64,000 nucleotides of DNA from Candidatus Woesearchaeota archaeon (lineage in GTDB: Archaea; Nanobdellota; Nanobdellia; Woesearchaeales; GW2011-AR4): assembly GCA_016184145.1 (NCBI GenBank), contig JACPDF010000023.1, positions 1,229 through 65,228 of the forward strand, written 5' to 3'. Positions 1-9,488 of the stretch are shown here, in pieces (within the stretch, counting starts at the first letter, position 1; the number at the start of each line of letters is the position of its first letter). The notes beneath the pieces are model-generated. The model was not told the origin of the DNA. It ran no database searches and saw only the letters and a program-made list of their open reading frames with translations. The translations under genes and the position numbers were made by a program.

Positions 1-293
1 TTAAAGGCTTTTTTTGCCTCATTTATCGTAACTTCCTGCTTCTCAAACTTGTCCCATGTTGCGAGTATTTGCCTCATCTTCTTCTCTATTTCCCTAAGGC
101 TGTCATCAGAAATCGGCTCCTTAAACTCAAAATCATAATAAAATCCATTTTCAATAGCAGGCCCAATAGCCCTTTTGGTTCCTGGATACAATTCCAAAAC
201 AGCTGCAGCTAAAAGATGGGCAAGGCTATGACGGTAAGATTCCACGCCTGTTTTTTCATCTGCTTTTTCATTATCTTTTTTGTTTTTAGCCAT
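1..293 (-). CDS. thrS: Threonyl-tRNA synthetase, bacterial type (N-terminal part; runs off the window edge)
   Basis: Manual translation MAKNKKDNEK...SYRHSLAHLLAAAVLELYPGTKRAIGPAIENGFYYDF matches the ThrRS N2 editing-domain motif (RHSxAH...GPxIENGFYYDF). Alternative ATG at 299. Confidence 0.9.
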   Translation of the reverse strand, partial: MAKNKKDNEKADEKTGVESYRHSLAHLLAAAVLELYPGTKRAIGPAIENGFYYDFEFKEPISDDSLREIEKKMRQILATWDKFEKQEVTINEAKKAF

Positions 294-351
294 TGGCATA
301 TAAAATTGGCATTTTGTTTAAAAAGATTTTGATAAATTAAGTTTAATAGAA

Positions 352-379
352 AATTCATTAAAGGAACATTATGTGAACT
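352..379 (-). other. dif-like Xer recombination site (11-6-11)
   Basis: Minus strand AGTTCACATAA-TGTTCC-TTTAATGAATT. The left arm resembles the XerC arm of bacterial dif (GGTGCGCATAA-TGTATA-TTATGTTAAAT); the arms are an imperfect palindrome (7/11). Confidence 0.45.
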
Positions 380-451
380 TTTGTTGCGAAATTATATAGA
401 AACCGGCCTCACGACCGGGTAAAAGACCATTATGAGCGGGCGAATATTATC

Positions 452-1147
452 TTATTCTGACTTTGGTATGGAAAAGGAAGATATTAGAAGCGTTACTCCA
501 AGCAAAAAAAGAAAGGAAGCGGTTGAAACGAGAATGTCATCAATTAATCTCTGCATTGGCGTCATGAAGTCAAATGATGCTCTTACATCAAATACATAAA
601 GCTCAGATTGTTCCTCTGATAAGGTTCCAATGAATAAAAAGTAATAAACAAAATATACAATTTCCACTATTAAAAATAAAATCAATATAGCATATGATAA
701 TCTTCGAATTTTCTTCTTCTTTGGGAAGCCCTTTTTCTTTGCTACGCCATGACCATTAATTATGTATGGGATAGACGCAATAGTGGAAATTGGAATAACA
801 AGCCAAGCATATTCAAAAAATATATACTCTAAATCTATAGGCAACAGTAAATTACCCATGGAATATAGCACATTTAAACCTACAATTAAAAAAAGCACAA
901 TTGCATTTACTCGGTAATATTTATTTTCATTTAGAATTTTATAACCCCAATAGGCAACATAAAACTGCAGTATAAGAAAGAAAATGTAACCAATATCGTT
1001 TAAAAATGTGGTTTCTTGAAAAAATATTTTCTCAGCCGCTTCCTTAAAAAAAAGTACCATACCAAATGTCAGTAATCCTGTTATTATACCTAAATAACCT
1101 AACAACACAGAAATATATCCTGATATTTTACCATGATCCAACTTCAT
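452..1147 (-). CDS. Hypothetical multi-pass membrane protein
   Basis: 231-aa ORF with about 6 hydrophobic segments; no recognised motif. Confidence 0.75.
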   Translation of the reverse strand: MKLDHGKISGYISVLLGYLGIITGLLTFGMVLFFKEAAEKIFFQETTFLNDIGYIFFLILQFYVAYWGYKILNENKYYRVNAIVLFLIVGLNVLYSMGNLLLPIDLEYIFFEYAWLVIPISTIASIPYIINGHGVAKKKGFPKKKKIRRLSYAILILFLIVEIVYFVYYFLFIGTLSEEQSELYVFDVRASFDFMTPMQRLIDDILVSTASFLFLLGVTLLISSFSIPKSE

Positions 1148-1324
1148 AATAAGGGTATAATTTAATGTTTATTTATAAAATCTCTCAATACTCGCCAGTT
1201 CATTCCCTTTTTCCTTTTGTATAATATCCTTACATTATACGGCTCGTGTATTTCATATACTTGTGTTACGCACTTTTTCTTCTTAATCTTTGTTAATGAA
1301 GAAAAAGCGTAACTTTTGGCAAAA

Positions 1325-1576
1325 TCATTCATAAGCATAATCGTGATGCTTAAACTTCAAGAAGACAATATCCTTCCCCTCAACTTCAAAAATAATAACA
1401 TAAGAACCTACATGAGCGCCTCTTTTGCCTTTCAAGTTGTACTTTTTAAGAGGGTAATGCTCCGGATTCTCTAAAATCTCATCTATTTTCTTCTTTAGCC
1501 TGTTAAACAGCACTTTGTCTTTTTTGATGTCCTTAACATCTTGAGAAAAAGACCTCGTAAATACAGCATTATGCAT
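1325..1576 (-). CDS. RelE/ParE-family toxin
   Basis: 83 aa, basic; FTRSFSQDVKDI...KKIDEILENP...LKGKRGAHVGSYVIIFEV...FKHHDYAY is a RelE/StbE-like pattern. Confidence 0.8.
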   Translation of the reverse strand: MHNAVFTRSFSQDVKDIKKDKVLFNRLKKKIDEILENPEHYPLKKYNLKGKRGAHVGSYVIIFEVEGKDIVFLKFKHHDYAYE

Positions 1577-1577
1577 T

Positions 1578-1787
1578 TTAAAGAGAATCTAAATATTTTG
1601 TGGCATCTCTGCTACTATCAAACCTTACAAAATCTCCTTTCCTGTACTCATCCTCAGCCTTCTTTACGTCCGCAATAAATTTTTTAGAGAATCTTTCCTC
1701 AAACTCAGCTTTAACAATATGCTTGCATTTAACTAGGAAGTCATATTCTTTCTTGGGAATTTCTATAGTCTCGCTCATTTCATTCAC
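1578..1787 (-). CDS. Putative antitoxin of the adjacent RelE-like toxin
   Basis: 69-aa ORF directly upstream of the toxin; IEIPKKEYDFL N-terminus and KKAEDEYRKG C-terminus are typical of archaeal RelB-like antitoxins. Confidence 0.7.
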   Translation of the reverse strand: MNEMSETIEIPKKEYDFLVKCKHIVKAEFEERFSKKFIADVKKAEDEYRKGDFVRFDSSRDATKYLDSL

Positions 1788-1985
1788 CTAGGTCTATAGT
1801 GGAAACTTTATTTAAATATCTTTCTATGATTTTGCCAAAAGTACGCCGAGAACATTCTTATGTGGGTAAAAGGTGTTGAAGTAAACATGCATCACAATCT
1901 AATCCTCCAAATAACAACATTTATAAATAATAACTTTAATAATACTAATAATTTATAAATTTTTATCAAAAATATTAATATTAAT

Positions 1986-2036
1986 AATCAAAACGAAGTT
2001 TTGATTCAGCGAATTCCCTAAGGGAATTTTAGCGTA
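1986..2036 (+). repeat. Collapsed twin-hairpin element (family C)
   Basis: AATCAAAAC-GAA-GTTTTGATT then GCGAATTCCC-TAA-GGGAATTTTAGCGTA; the same ends as the longer element at 54325-54450. Confidence 0.7.
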
Positions 2037-2048
2037 ATGAGGCTGTAA

Positions 2049-2246
2049 ATGAATGCAAAATTCATTGGAAAAGCGAAGATAACAAAACAAGGGCAGGTTA
2101 CGCTGCCATTCGAGGCGAGAAAGGACCTTAGCTTGGATGCGGACAGCGAAATATACTGGTATCTTGTTGACGACCATTTGGTTGTTGTAAAAGAGTTGGT
2201 TAGCGTCGAGGATTTAATAAAAATAGCAAATAAAAAGAGGAGATAG
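2049..2246 (+). CDS. AbrB/MazE/SpoVT-family DNA-binding protein
   Basis: KITKQGQVTLPFEARKDLSL signature; first gene of the vWA operon. Confidence 0.85.
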   Translation: MNAKFIGKAKITKQGQVTLPFEARKDLSLDADSEIYWYLVDDHLVVVKELVSVEDLIKIANKKRR

Positions 2247-2247
2247 A

Positions 2248-4116
2248 ATGCCGTTTTTGAACCAGTTGGGATTATTGGCATTATTAAGCCTAATCCCATT
2301 CATAATCCTGTACTTAAGAAGGCCAAAGCCGCAGGACAGGGTTATACCATCATTGATGTTCATCCTGCAGAACAAGAAAACCTCGACAAAAAACAGCTTT
2401 TTAAGAAACTTCCTGACAAATTTATTGTTCTTCATACAGATCCTTGCATTGATTGGCCTTTCTGTATCGGTAGCGCAGCCTTATGTAAAGCTCCCTTATG
2501 ATATTACTCTCGAAAACACCATAATCATTCTTGATGCGAGCGCCTCCATGCAAGCCGAGGATGGCGGCAAGACAAGATTCGAAAAAGCAGTTAAAGAGGC
2601 CAAAAGCGTACTGAGCGGAAAGAACAGCATCATACTTGCGGAGCACATCCCGCTAATAATCCTAGAAGACGAGGACCAGAAAGTCGCAGCTGACATCTTA
2701 GGAAATTTAAAGCCAAAAGCCACAGCCACAAATTTGAGGGACGCAATGCTGCTTGCAAAGGACATTTTGGGAGACAGGCCTGGAAGAATAGTGATAATAA
2801 GCGATTTCAGCAATGTTGATGTATCAGACTTATTGGTTGTGAAAAGGACTTTAAGCTCGGAAGAGGTTGTTGTTAACTTCATTGACGTCTCCAATAATGC
2901 GGAAAATGCCGGGATTGTTAATCTTGATATAGGCAAGCACAGCATAAAAGCCTCTGTAAAGAACTTCAACCCTGCAAGCAAGCAGGTAAACTTAAAGCTC
3001 GTAAAAGACGGGAAAACAATTTCAGAATCAGGAAAGTTCGATGTGCTGCCAAATTCCATAGAGACTTTTGTTTTTGATGATACTCCTGCCGGATTGAGCC
3101 AAATTGAGCTGGAGCCGAAAGATGATTTGATGGTTGACAACACCGTTTACATAAGCGCCCCAGTGAAGCAAAAGATCAACGTGCTCCTTATCACAAACAG
3201 CCACAATACATACCTCGAGAATGCGCTGCTTGCGTCAAGGGATGTGAGCCTTAATATCGTTAATCCGCCTGTGCTTACAGTAAACACCTATGGGGAGAGA
3301 ATAGAGCCGTTCAAGCATGATGTTATTGTTGTCAGCAGAATAAACAATGTAGGCGGCAGGGACGGCATTCTGCCGGGAACATTCCAGGACCTCTCAGCTT
3401 ATGTAAGGAGTGGAGGAAAGCTGGTGATAACAGCCCAGGATGATTTAACACAGTTTAATATGGCAGACCTTGGCATTGTCAGCTTGAATAAGCTTGTATC
3501 AGACACAAAAAGGGTGTGCATGGACACGATAAATGAGCTAACAAAAGAGTTCAAGAACAGCCCATGCTTTGCGACAATCTCAAAGTATTTTGATGCAGCA
3601 GCGGACAAAGATGCAAAGGTAATTGCCTCAGTCGAAAATACACCCATACTGGCGCTAAAGGACGCTACAAAGGGAAAAGTGTTCTATTATGGCATTTTTG
3701 ACGATGCCTCTGATTTTAAATCATTGCCCTCTTATCCCATATTCTGGAACTCATTGGTAAACTTCCTTGCAGAAACAGAGGACATAAGAGACTTCAACTC
3801 AAAGACAGGCAGAGTTGTGACTATAGGCGAGCAGCGCGTTAAAACACCCTCCTCTTCATTAACAACCTCAAAACTGATTTTTGACGAGGCTGGATACTAT
3901 GAGTTTGATGATAAAAAATTCGCAGCTAACTTAATTGACGAGACCGAGTCTGATGTCACGAAAGGAAGCACCCTGGAAAAGGAAAGCGAAAGCTCTGATG
4001 TGCTCAAGGAAGCAAGCACTGAAAGGGACTTTAGCATAAGCCCTTTGATATTGATAGCAGTATTTTTGCTCCTTTGCTTCGAGGTATTTTACATAAAGAG
4101 AAGAGGTGACCTATAA
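2248..4116 (+). CDS. BatA-domain / vWA membrane protein
   Basis: N-terminal BatA-like motif (LIPFIILYLRRPKP..IPSLMF), MIDAS DASASM, IISDF, C-terminal TM helix ending RRGDL. Confidence 0.85.
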   Translation: MPFLNQLGLLALLSLIPFIILYLRRPKPQDRVIPSLMFILQNKKTSTKNSFLRNFLTNLLFFIQILALIGLSVSVAQPYVKLPYDITLENTIIILDASASMQAEDGGKTRFEKAVKEAKSVLSGKNSIILAEHIPLIILEDEDQKVAADILGNLKPKATATNLRDAMLLAKDILGDRPGRIVIISDFSNVDVSDLLVVKRTLSSEEVVVNFIDVSNNAENAGIVNLDIGKHSIKASVKNFNPASKQVNLKLVKDGKTISESGKFDVLPNSIETFVFDDTPAGLSQIELEPKDDLMVDNTVYISAPVKQKINVLLITNSHNTYLENALLASRDVSLNIVNPPVLTVNTYGERIEPFKHDVIVVSRINNVGGRDGILPGTFQDLSAYVRSGGKLVITAQDDLTQFNMADLGIVSLNKLVSDTKRVCMDTINELTKEFKNSPCFATISKYFDAAADKDAKVIASVENTPILALKDATKGKVFYYGIFDDASDFKSLPSYPIFWNSLVNFLAETEDIRDFNSKTGRVVTIGEQRVKTPSSSLTTSKLIFDEAGYYEFDDKKFAANLIDETESDVTKGSTLEKESESSDVLKEASTERDFSISPLILIAVFLLLCFEVFYIKRRGDL

Positions 4117-4154
4117 TCGCATTTATTTTTCCTGATTTAAGAAGCGTATTCTGC

Positions 4155-6617
4155 ATGGGCAAATTCTGCCTTGCATACTCTTACGTAGCCCTATTGATAA
4201 TTCCCCTTGTGATCTTATTGTACTTTGCAATAAGGAAGAATTTCATAAATTTTGCCGACAGGGCGGAGCAGCAGAGCTATGAATCGGGAAAGAGGCAGCA
4301 GAGGCTCATCTTTTTTGCCCTAAGGTCATTAGTCTTCGCATTTTTGCTGATAGCGATAGCAAGCCCTTTCATCCTTGAGACAAAAACAGTAAAAGGCAAC
4401 CCAAGAATCACAATTTTAGTGGATAATTCCACATCAATGAACCTGTTCGAATATGGGATGGAAAAGGAGCTTGTTGGCAAATTAAAGGGCAGCATTCCAG
4501 TTACGGTAAGAACCATTGCCACAGGCGATAAATCAGCTATAGGCGATGGACTATTAAACAACATGGAACGGGATGAGAATGTGCTTGTAATAAGCGACGG
4601 CAGCAACAATGACGGAAAGCTTTTAGGAGATATCATGCTGCTCGCAACCTCGTTAAATTCAACTATAAGCACCCTGGACATGAAGCCTGTAAGGAGCGAT
4701 GTAGGTGTAAGCATAGAAGGGCCAAGCGAAGCCATAAGGGACACAGAGGAAAGCTTCATCATTAAAGTAAATAATGTGGGCAAAAATGTGCCTTACAATC
4801 TTGAAGTGAGGTTTGATGACGAAATAATTCTTGCCAAAAGCGACGACAAAAGCAATTCCTTTGGGATAAGAAAAAAATTGCCGGAAGGCTACCATAAGCT
4901 GACTGCAGAGCTTCAGAATGCTGGCAGCGACGATTATTTCAGCCAGAACAATATCTATTACAAAAGCATAAAAGTAGTTCCGAGGCCGAAAGTCTTGTTT
5001 GTATCGGAAAAAGACTCCCCTCTGGCAAACAACCTTGGCAGCATCTACGACTTAACAGCTGTAACCACAATTCCTGATGACTTGGATGATTACCTCGCAG
5101 TCATCCTTAATGATCTTCCAGCATCCAAGATAATGCCTAAGTTCAATTCATTAAACAGCTATGTGAGGGATGATGGCAACGGCCTCTTCGTAATTGGCGG
5201 CCAGGACTCTTACGACAACGGCAATTATAAGGGAAATTTGCTGGAAACTTTGCTTCCTGTAAAGATAGGCGCAGGGGAGGAGGAGGAAAAAAGCGATGTG
5301 TATATTGTAATCATAATTGATGTGTCCGGAACTACAGGGAAAGTTTACAATGTAAATACAGGACAATATGAGATAAGGGATTATGACCAGATAATAAAGG
5401 CACAGGCTGCAAGCGTGATAGACAGCCTTGACAAGAAGAACAATGTCGGAGTTGTGGTAATAGGGACGCGAAATCCAACAGGCACTGTTGTAACTCTGTC
5501 AGATATAGTCACTCTTGAAGACAATAAAAAGGAGATTATAGACACGATTTCCAGGATTGCAAGTGAAAAAGTAGGAGGCCAGAGCGATATCGATCTTGGC
5601 ATAAACAAAGCCAACCAGATGTTAAGAAGCATTTCAGGAGGCAAAAATATAATCTTGATTTCAGATGGCCGCGGCTTAACTCCTCTTGCAAAAAGCGAAA
5701 AAAAGGAGGCTGCCAGGCAGGCAGCTGACCGCGGCATTAAGATATATGTTGCAGGAGTAGGGGCAATAGACGACCAGGACAACGAGTTTTTGTCTGATAT
5801 CGCAATCATCGGAGACGGGATTTATTTCCCCCTAGACGCTTCCAGCAGGCTGAAGGTATTGTTTAGCGAGCCGGAAAGCAAGGAAGAGAAAGACTACCTC
5901 AACAGGCTTGTTTTATTGGATACAACCCACTTCATAACATACAACCAAAGTCTAGATGCGGTTGTCTCCGGCTATAACTATGTTATACCTAAGCCAGCCT
6001 CAAGATTATTGATAACGACAAACAAGAACATTCCAATAATGGTTGCATGGCGCTTTGGCCTGGGCAGGGTAGCAACTTTGGCAACAGATGACGGCAGCAA
6101 GTGGGGAGGGGAGCTTTTGACAGAAGAAAACTCAAAAGTGCTGACAAAAGCAATAAACTGGGTTATAGGGGACTTAAGCAGAAAAAGTAACTTTGATGTT
6201 AGCATAAAGGACACGGAGCTTGGAAGCCTTATGCTCATCAATGTAGTTTCTGATTCATTGCCAAAGCACGAGCAGCTTACCTTTGTAAAGACCGATGTAA
6301 ACCTGTACACTGCGAAATTCGATCCCACAAGAACAGGCTTTTACAATTTCCTGGGTGCAGATGCTGCTGTAAATTACAAGGAAGAATTTAATAACCTGGG
6401 AGTAAACAAGGACTTCATTAACCTGGTGGAGCAGACGCAAGGAAAGGTCTTTGACAGGAATGACATAGACAGCATCCTTGAATTCATCAAGGACAAGTCA
6501 AAAAGGATAAAAGTGGACACAACCGAGTTTAAGTGGCCTTTTTTGGTTGCTGCATTATTGCTGTTTTTGGCTGAAATAGCTGTAAGGAGGCTCTGGGAAA
6601 ACAAGAGCTATAGGTAA
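4155..6617 (+). CDS. Double-vWA membrane protein with a GATase-like domain
   Basis: Two MIDAS-like motifs (DNSTSM, DVSGTT) with ISDG; GLFVIGG..SY..G.Y...LETLLPV and WRFGLGRV motifs; N- and C-terminal TM helices. The start may lie at 4113 (ATA). Confidence 0.85.
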   Translation: MGKFCLAYSYVALLIIPLVILLYFAIRKNFINFADRAEQQSYESGKRQQRLIFFALRSLVFAFLLIAIASPFILETKTVKGNPRITILVDNSTSMNLFEYGMEKELVGKLKGSIPVTVRTIATGDKSAIGDGLLNNMERDENVLVISDGSNNDGKLLGDIMLLATSLNSTISTLDMKPVRSDVGVSIEGPSEAIRDTEESFIIKVNNVGKNVPYNLEVRFDDEIILAKSDDKSNSFGIRKKLPEGYHKLTAELQNAGSDDYFSQNNIYYKSIKVVPRPKVLFVSEKDSPLANNLGSIYDLTAVTTIPDDLDDYLAVILNDLPASKIMPKFNSLNSYVRDDGNGLFVIGGQDSYDNGNYKGNLLETLLPVKIGAGEEEEKSDVYIVIIIDVSGTTGKVYNVNTGQYEIRDYDQIIKAQAASVIDSLDKKNNVGVVVIGTRNPTGTVVTLSDIVTLEDNKKEIIDTISRIASEKVGGQSDIDLGINKANQMLRSISGGKNIILISDGRGLTPLAKSEKKEAARQAADRGIKIYVAGVGAIDDQDNEFLSDIAIIGDGIYFPLDASSRLKVLFSEPESKEEKDYLNRLVLLDTTHFITYNQSLDAVVSGYNYVIPKPASRLLITTNKNIPIMVAWRFGLGRVATLATDDGSKWGGELLTEENSKVLTKAINWVIGDLSRKSNFDVSIKDTELGSLMLINVVSDSLPKHEQLTFVKTDVNLYTAKFDPTRTGFYNFLGADAAVNYKEEFNNLGVNKDFINLVEQTQGKVFDRNDIDSILEFIKDKSKRIKVDTTEFKWPFLVAALLLFLAEIAVRRLWENKSYR

Positions 6618-6650
6618 AATAAAATGAATAGGATAGCAATATTAAATAAT

Positions 6651-6837
6651 AATGCCAATAAGTTCACAAACAAGTGCTCAATTATTTGAGCAAAATAAAT
6701 ATGGCTTGCAAATTAATAAAAAACGCAATAAAAATGAAAAATAATTACCGAGCGTTTTTGCAATAAAAAAGCATGAAGGCAAAAACGCAGGCTATGATTA
6801 AATATTTTTTATTGCCCGAATGAGATAAATTGTGAAA
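6651..6837 (+). repeat. Dispersed ~190-bp repeat, family A, copy 1
   Basis: Core GCGTTTTTGC-N17-GCAAAAACGC at 6752-6788; 32 bp (6778-6809) identical to the reverse complement of 47281-47312. Confidence 0.85.
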
Positions 6838-6901
6838 GCAAAAAATGACAAAGCAAATGATTGTACAAAATACGTTAAAAATGGCTGAGGTGTAATTGAA
6901 A

Positions 6902-7396
6902 ATGGCATTCATGAAACGGGACGTTAACATTGGATTGTTGATTCTGATAATAGCTGCTGTCATAGTATTCAGCAGCTTCAGCGTCTACTACCAAAGCACT
7001 TTCAAGAATGTTTCCCTGGAATACCAGAACAAGCTTGAGCAGCTGAGCCAGATAACAACAGAGCTGTCAAAGCAGAAGCAGGAGCTTAATCAGACCTACA
7101 CTTTAAGGACAAAGATAGAGGAGGATAAAAAGACTCTTGATGTTAAATACACTGAAGTCAGGGATGAGAATAATCAGCTCTCAAGCGACAATACAAACCT
7201 GCGCTTGGAGGTTTCAAGCGCAAAAAGCCAACTGGCGGAAGCGCAAATTGAGCTTGAAAACAAAAAAGTGCAATTGGCGCAGACGCAGGCAGATTTAGCA
7301 ACAGCTAACAGTAAAATAAGCAGCCTGAATAGCGATTTGGATGATGTATGTGCTGCTTTGATCGCTACAGGAGGAACGCACGACGAGTGTGATTAA
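6902..7396 (+). CDS. Membrane-anchored coiled-coil protein
   Basis: N-terminal TM helix followed by a long heptad-rich Q/E/K/L segment; two C-terminal Cys. Confidence 0.8.
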   Translation: MAFMKRDVNIGLLILIIAAVIVFSSFSVYYQSTFKNVSLEYQNKLEQLSQITTELSKQKQELNQTYTLRTKIEEDKKTLDVKYTEVRDENNQLSSDNTNLRLEVSSAKSQLAEAQIELENKKVQLAQTQADLATANSKISSLNSDLDDVCAALIATGGTHDECD

Positions 7397-7532
7397 AGTT
7401 ATGCCCAAAACAAGAAAACATACGAAACTTTCAAAACAAGAGAGAAAAAGATTGGGCTGGAAGCCAGGGAGCCGTCTCGGTGTTTCGGGATACCACAGGT
7501 ATCCCTAGACGCTGTTGTACGGGCACGTACAA

Positions 7533-8312
7533 ATGAAAACCTTCATAAAAGTAGTAAAGGAAATCAATAATACTTTAAATTTCCTGATTATTTTCGAGAG
7601 CGCATTAAATGCAGCCATTTTCTTCCTTGTAGTCTATCTGCTCTTGTCGCTGATAAACCTTTACCCAATACTTGCAGTTATTCCTGCTGCAGTTTATCTT
7701 GCGGCAAGGATGTATGCAAACTCCAAGGCTGACAAAAGAGTTATTGTGGAAAATAAGTATGCGCCCCTGAAAGAAAAATTAAGGACTGCTGCGGACAATA
7801 TCAAAGAGGAAAACCCTGTTGTCAACGAGCTGCAGGAAGAGGTAATTTACGACCTTAAAAATGTGGGTTTGTCATCTTTCATAAACACAAAACAGGTTTC
7901 CTACAAGATACTTGCAACCATACTGCTGTCTTTTGCAATAGTTTTTGCGACAACCATGAACCTTTATATTGTTGACTTGAACCAGTTTCTGGGCAGTATA
8001 CCCGACACTATCAGCAAATTAAGCCTGATGAAAAGAAGCTCTAACACTCCAATAGGGGATGTAAATGAAAGCAGCGACATTTACGGTGACAGCAAGCTCG
8101 CTGTTTTAGGAGAGCAGCAGATTGACATACGGATAAAGCCCGTAAATTATGAGGTCAGCGTAAGGGAAGAAGGCGATGTTGAGCAGAAGCAGTTCGATGA
8201 GATTTTCCCGAGAGAGGTTGATATCAAGCAGTCATCTGCTTATGAGGAAAACATACCCCAAGAGCAGCAGGAGCTTGTCAAAAACTATTTTAACAAGCTT
8301 GCAGGAGGATAA
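7533..8312 (+). CDS. Conserved membrane protein of the vWA-MoxR operon
   Basis: Three TM segments, LKEKLRTAADN motif, C-terminal IPQEQQELVKNYFNKL; ATG at 7533 preferred over TTG at 7515. Confidence 0.75.
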   Translation: MKTFIKVVKEINNTLNFLIIFESALNAAIFFLVVYLLLSLINLYPILAVIPAAVYLAARMYANSKADKRVIVENKYAPLKEKLRTAADNIKEENPVVNELQEEVIYDLKNVGLSSFINTKQVSYKILATILLSFAIVFATTMNLYIVDLNQFLGSIPDTISKLSLMKRSSNTPIGDVNESSDIYGDSKLAVLGEQQIDIRIKPVNYEVSVREEGDVEQKQFDEIFPREVDIKQSSAYEENIPQEQQELVKNYFNKLAGG

Positions 8313-8411
8313 AATAAAGCAATGTATTTGTGCCAATAGTACATATTATTGCAAAAAACAACTGATTAAAAAGAAAAAATATAAATAGTGCAAAAGAGGT
8401 GAAATATCATG

Positions 8412-8475
8412 AAACACGAAAAAACTTCAAAGAAGTTGTTTGTGTCCCAAAAATCACAAAGTGATTTTTTAGGAC
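8412..8475 (+). repeat. Twin-hairpin element (family B)
   Basis: ACAC-G-[AAAAAACTTC/GAAGTTGTTT]-GTGTCC-[AAAAATCAC-AAA-GTGATTTTT]-AGGAC; same layout as 18195-18247 and 24098-24153. Confidence 0.7.
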
Positions 8476-8530
8476 AAAAAAAATTTGAAATACAAATTTT
8501 TGAGCTTCATAAAATCGCAGGGGTGATTTT

Positions 8531-9466
8531 ATGAAGAACTATAAGCATGTCTTTGATGCTGTTTTCAAGGAAACAAATAGGGTTATAGTGGGCCAGAATA
8601 ATGTCATAGAGCAGGTTCTTGTGGCTATCATATGCGACGGCAATGCGCTACTGGAAGGATACCCAGGCCTCGCTAAAACGCTGGTTGTAAAGACTTTGGC
8701 TGATATAATGAACCTGAAATTCAGCCGCATCCAGCATACTCCGGACCTGATGCCTTCTGACATTACAGGAACGTACATAATAGAGGAGACATCCGGAAAA
8801 AGAAACTTCAAATTCCAGCCCGGGCCCATATTCGCAAACATTGTTCTTGCAGACGAGATAAACAGGGCCACCCCGAAAACCCAGTCAGCTTTATTGGAAG
8901 CGATGCAGGAAAAGCAGGTTACAATAGGCACAAATACATTCAAGCTCGACCTTCCTTTTTTTGTGCTCGCAACCCAAAACCCGATTGAGCAGGAAGGAAC
9001 TTATCCTTTGCCTGAGGCGCAGGCAGACAGGTTTTTGCTTAAAATAAAGGTAGGCTATCCTTCTTTTGACGAAGAAATGGAAATTGTAGAGAGGTTTGCA
9101 TCAACGCGAACAGAGCAGAAATTAAAGACCATGCTTAACAAGAACCATTTGCTGAGCCTTCAGGCCCTGACAAGGCAGGTTCCGATTGCAAACGACATAA
9201 AATCACGGGCTTTGAAAATAATAGCAGCCACAAGGACAAATAAGGATGTAATCAATTACGGGGCTTCCCCAAGGGCATCCATAGGAATCATTCTTGCTTC
9301 AAAGGCGCTGGCATTGATAAAAGGCAGGAACCATGTGAGCAATGAGGACATAAACGAGATGGCCTACCCCATACTGAGGCACCGCGTCATACTTAACTTT
9401 GAGGCAGAGAGGAAGGGAATGACTACGGATGATGCCATTAAGCACATACTTGACAAGATTAAATAA
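8531..9466 (+). CDS. moxR: MoxR-family AAA+ ATPase
   Basis: Walker A variant GYPGLAKT, RIQHTPDLMPSDITG, LADEINRATPKTQSALLEAMQE, ATQNPIEQEGTYPLPEAQADRF, GASPRA. Confidence 0.95.
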   Translation: MKNYKHVFDAVFKETNRVIVGQNNVIEQVLVAIICDGNALLEGYPGLAKTLVVKTLADIMNLKFSRIQHTPDLMPSDITGTYIIEETSGKRNFKFQPGPIFANIVLADEINRATPKTQSALLEAMQEKQVTIGTNTFKLDLPFFVLATQNPIEQEGTYPLPEAQADRFLLKIKVGYPSFDEEMEIVERFASTRTEQKLKTMLNKNHLLSLQALTRQVPIANDIKSRALKIIAATRTNKDVINYGASPRASIGIILASKALALIKGRNHVSNEDINEMAYPILRHRVILNFEAERKGMTTDDAIKHILDKIK

Positions 9467-9488
9467 AAACCAGTTTGATAGAATTGAG

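Noticed and set aside
1265-1313. Hairpin GTTACGC...GCGTAAC as an integron attC site
   Set aside because: The core sites are in the wrong order (attC runs RYYYAAC...GTTRRRY), it is not repeated after other genes, and no IntI is present.
1162-1320. Open frame AKSYAFSS...RDFINKH* on the minus strand
   Set aside because: No start codon or recognisable motif; it overlaps the hairpin and a dif-like site.
2496-6604. Long antisense ORFs (e.g. 2496-3143, 4277-4783, 5381-5809) and similar ones across the window
   Set aside because: They are shadows of well-supported genes on the opposite strand, S/F/L-rich and without motifs.
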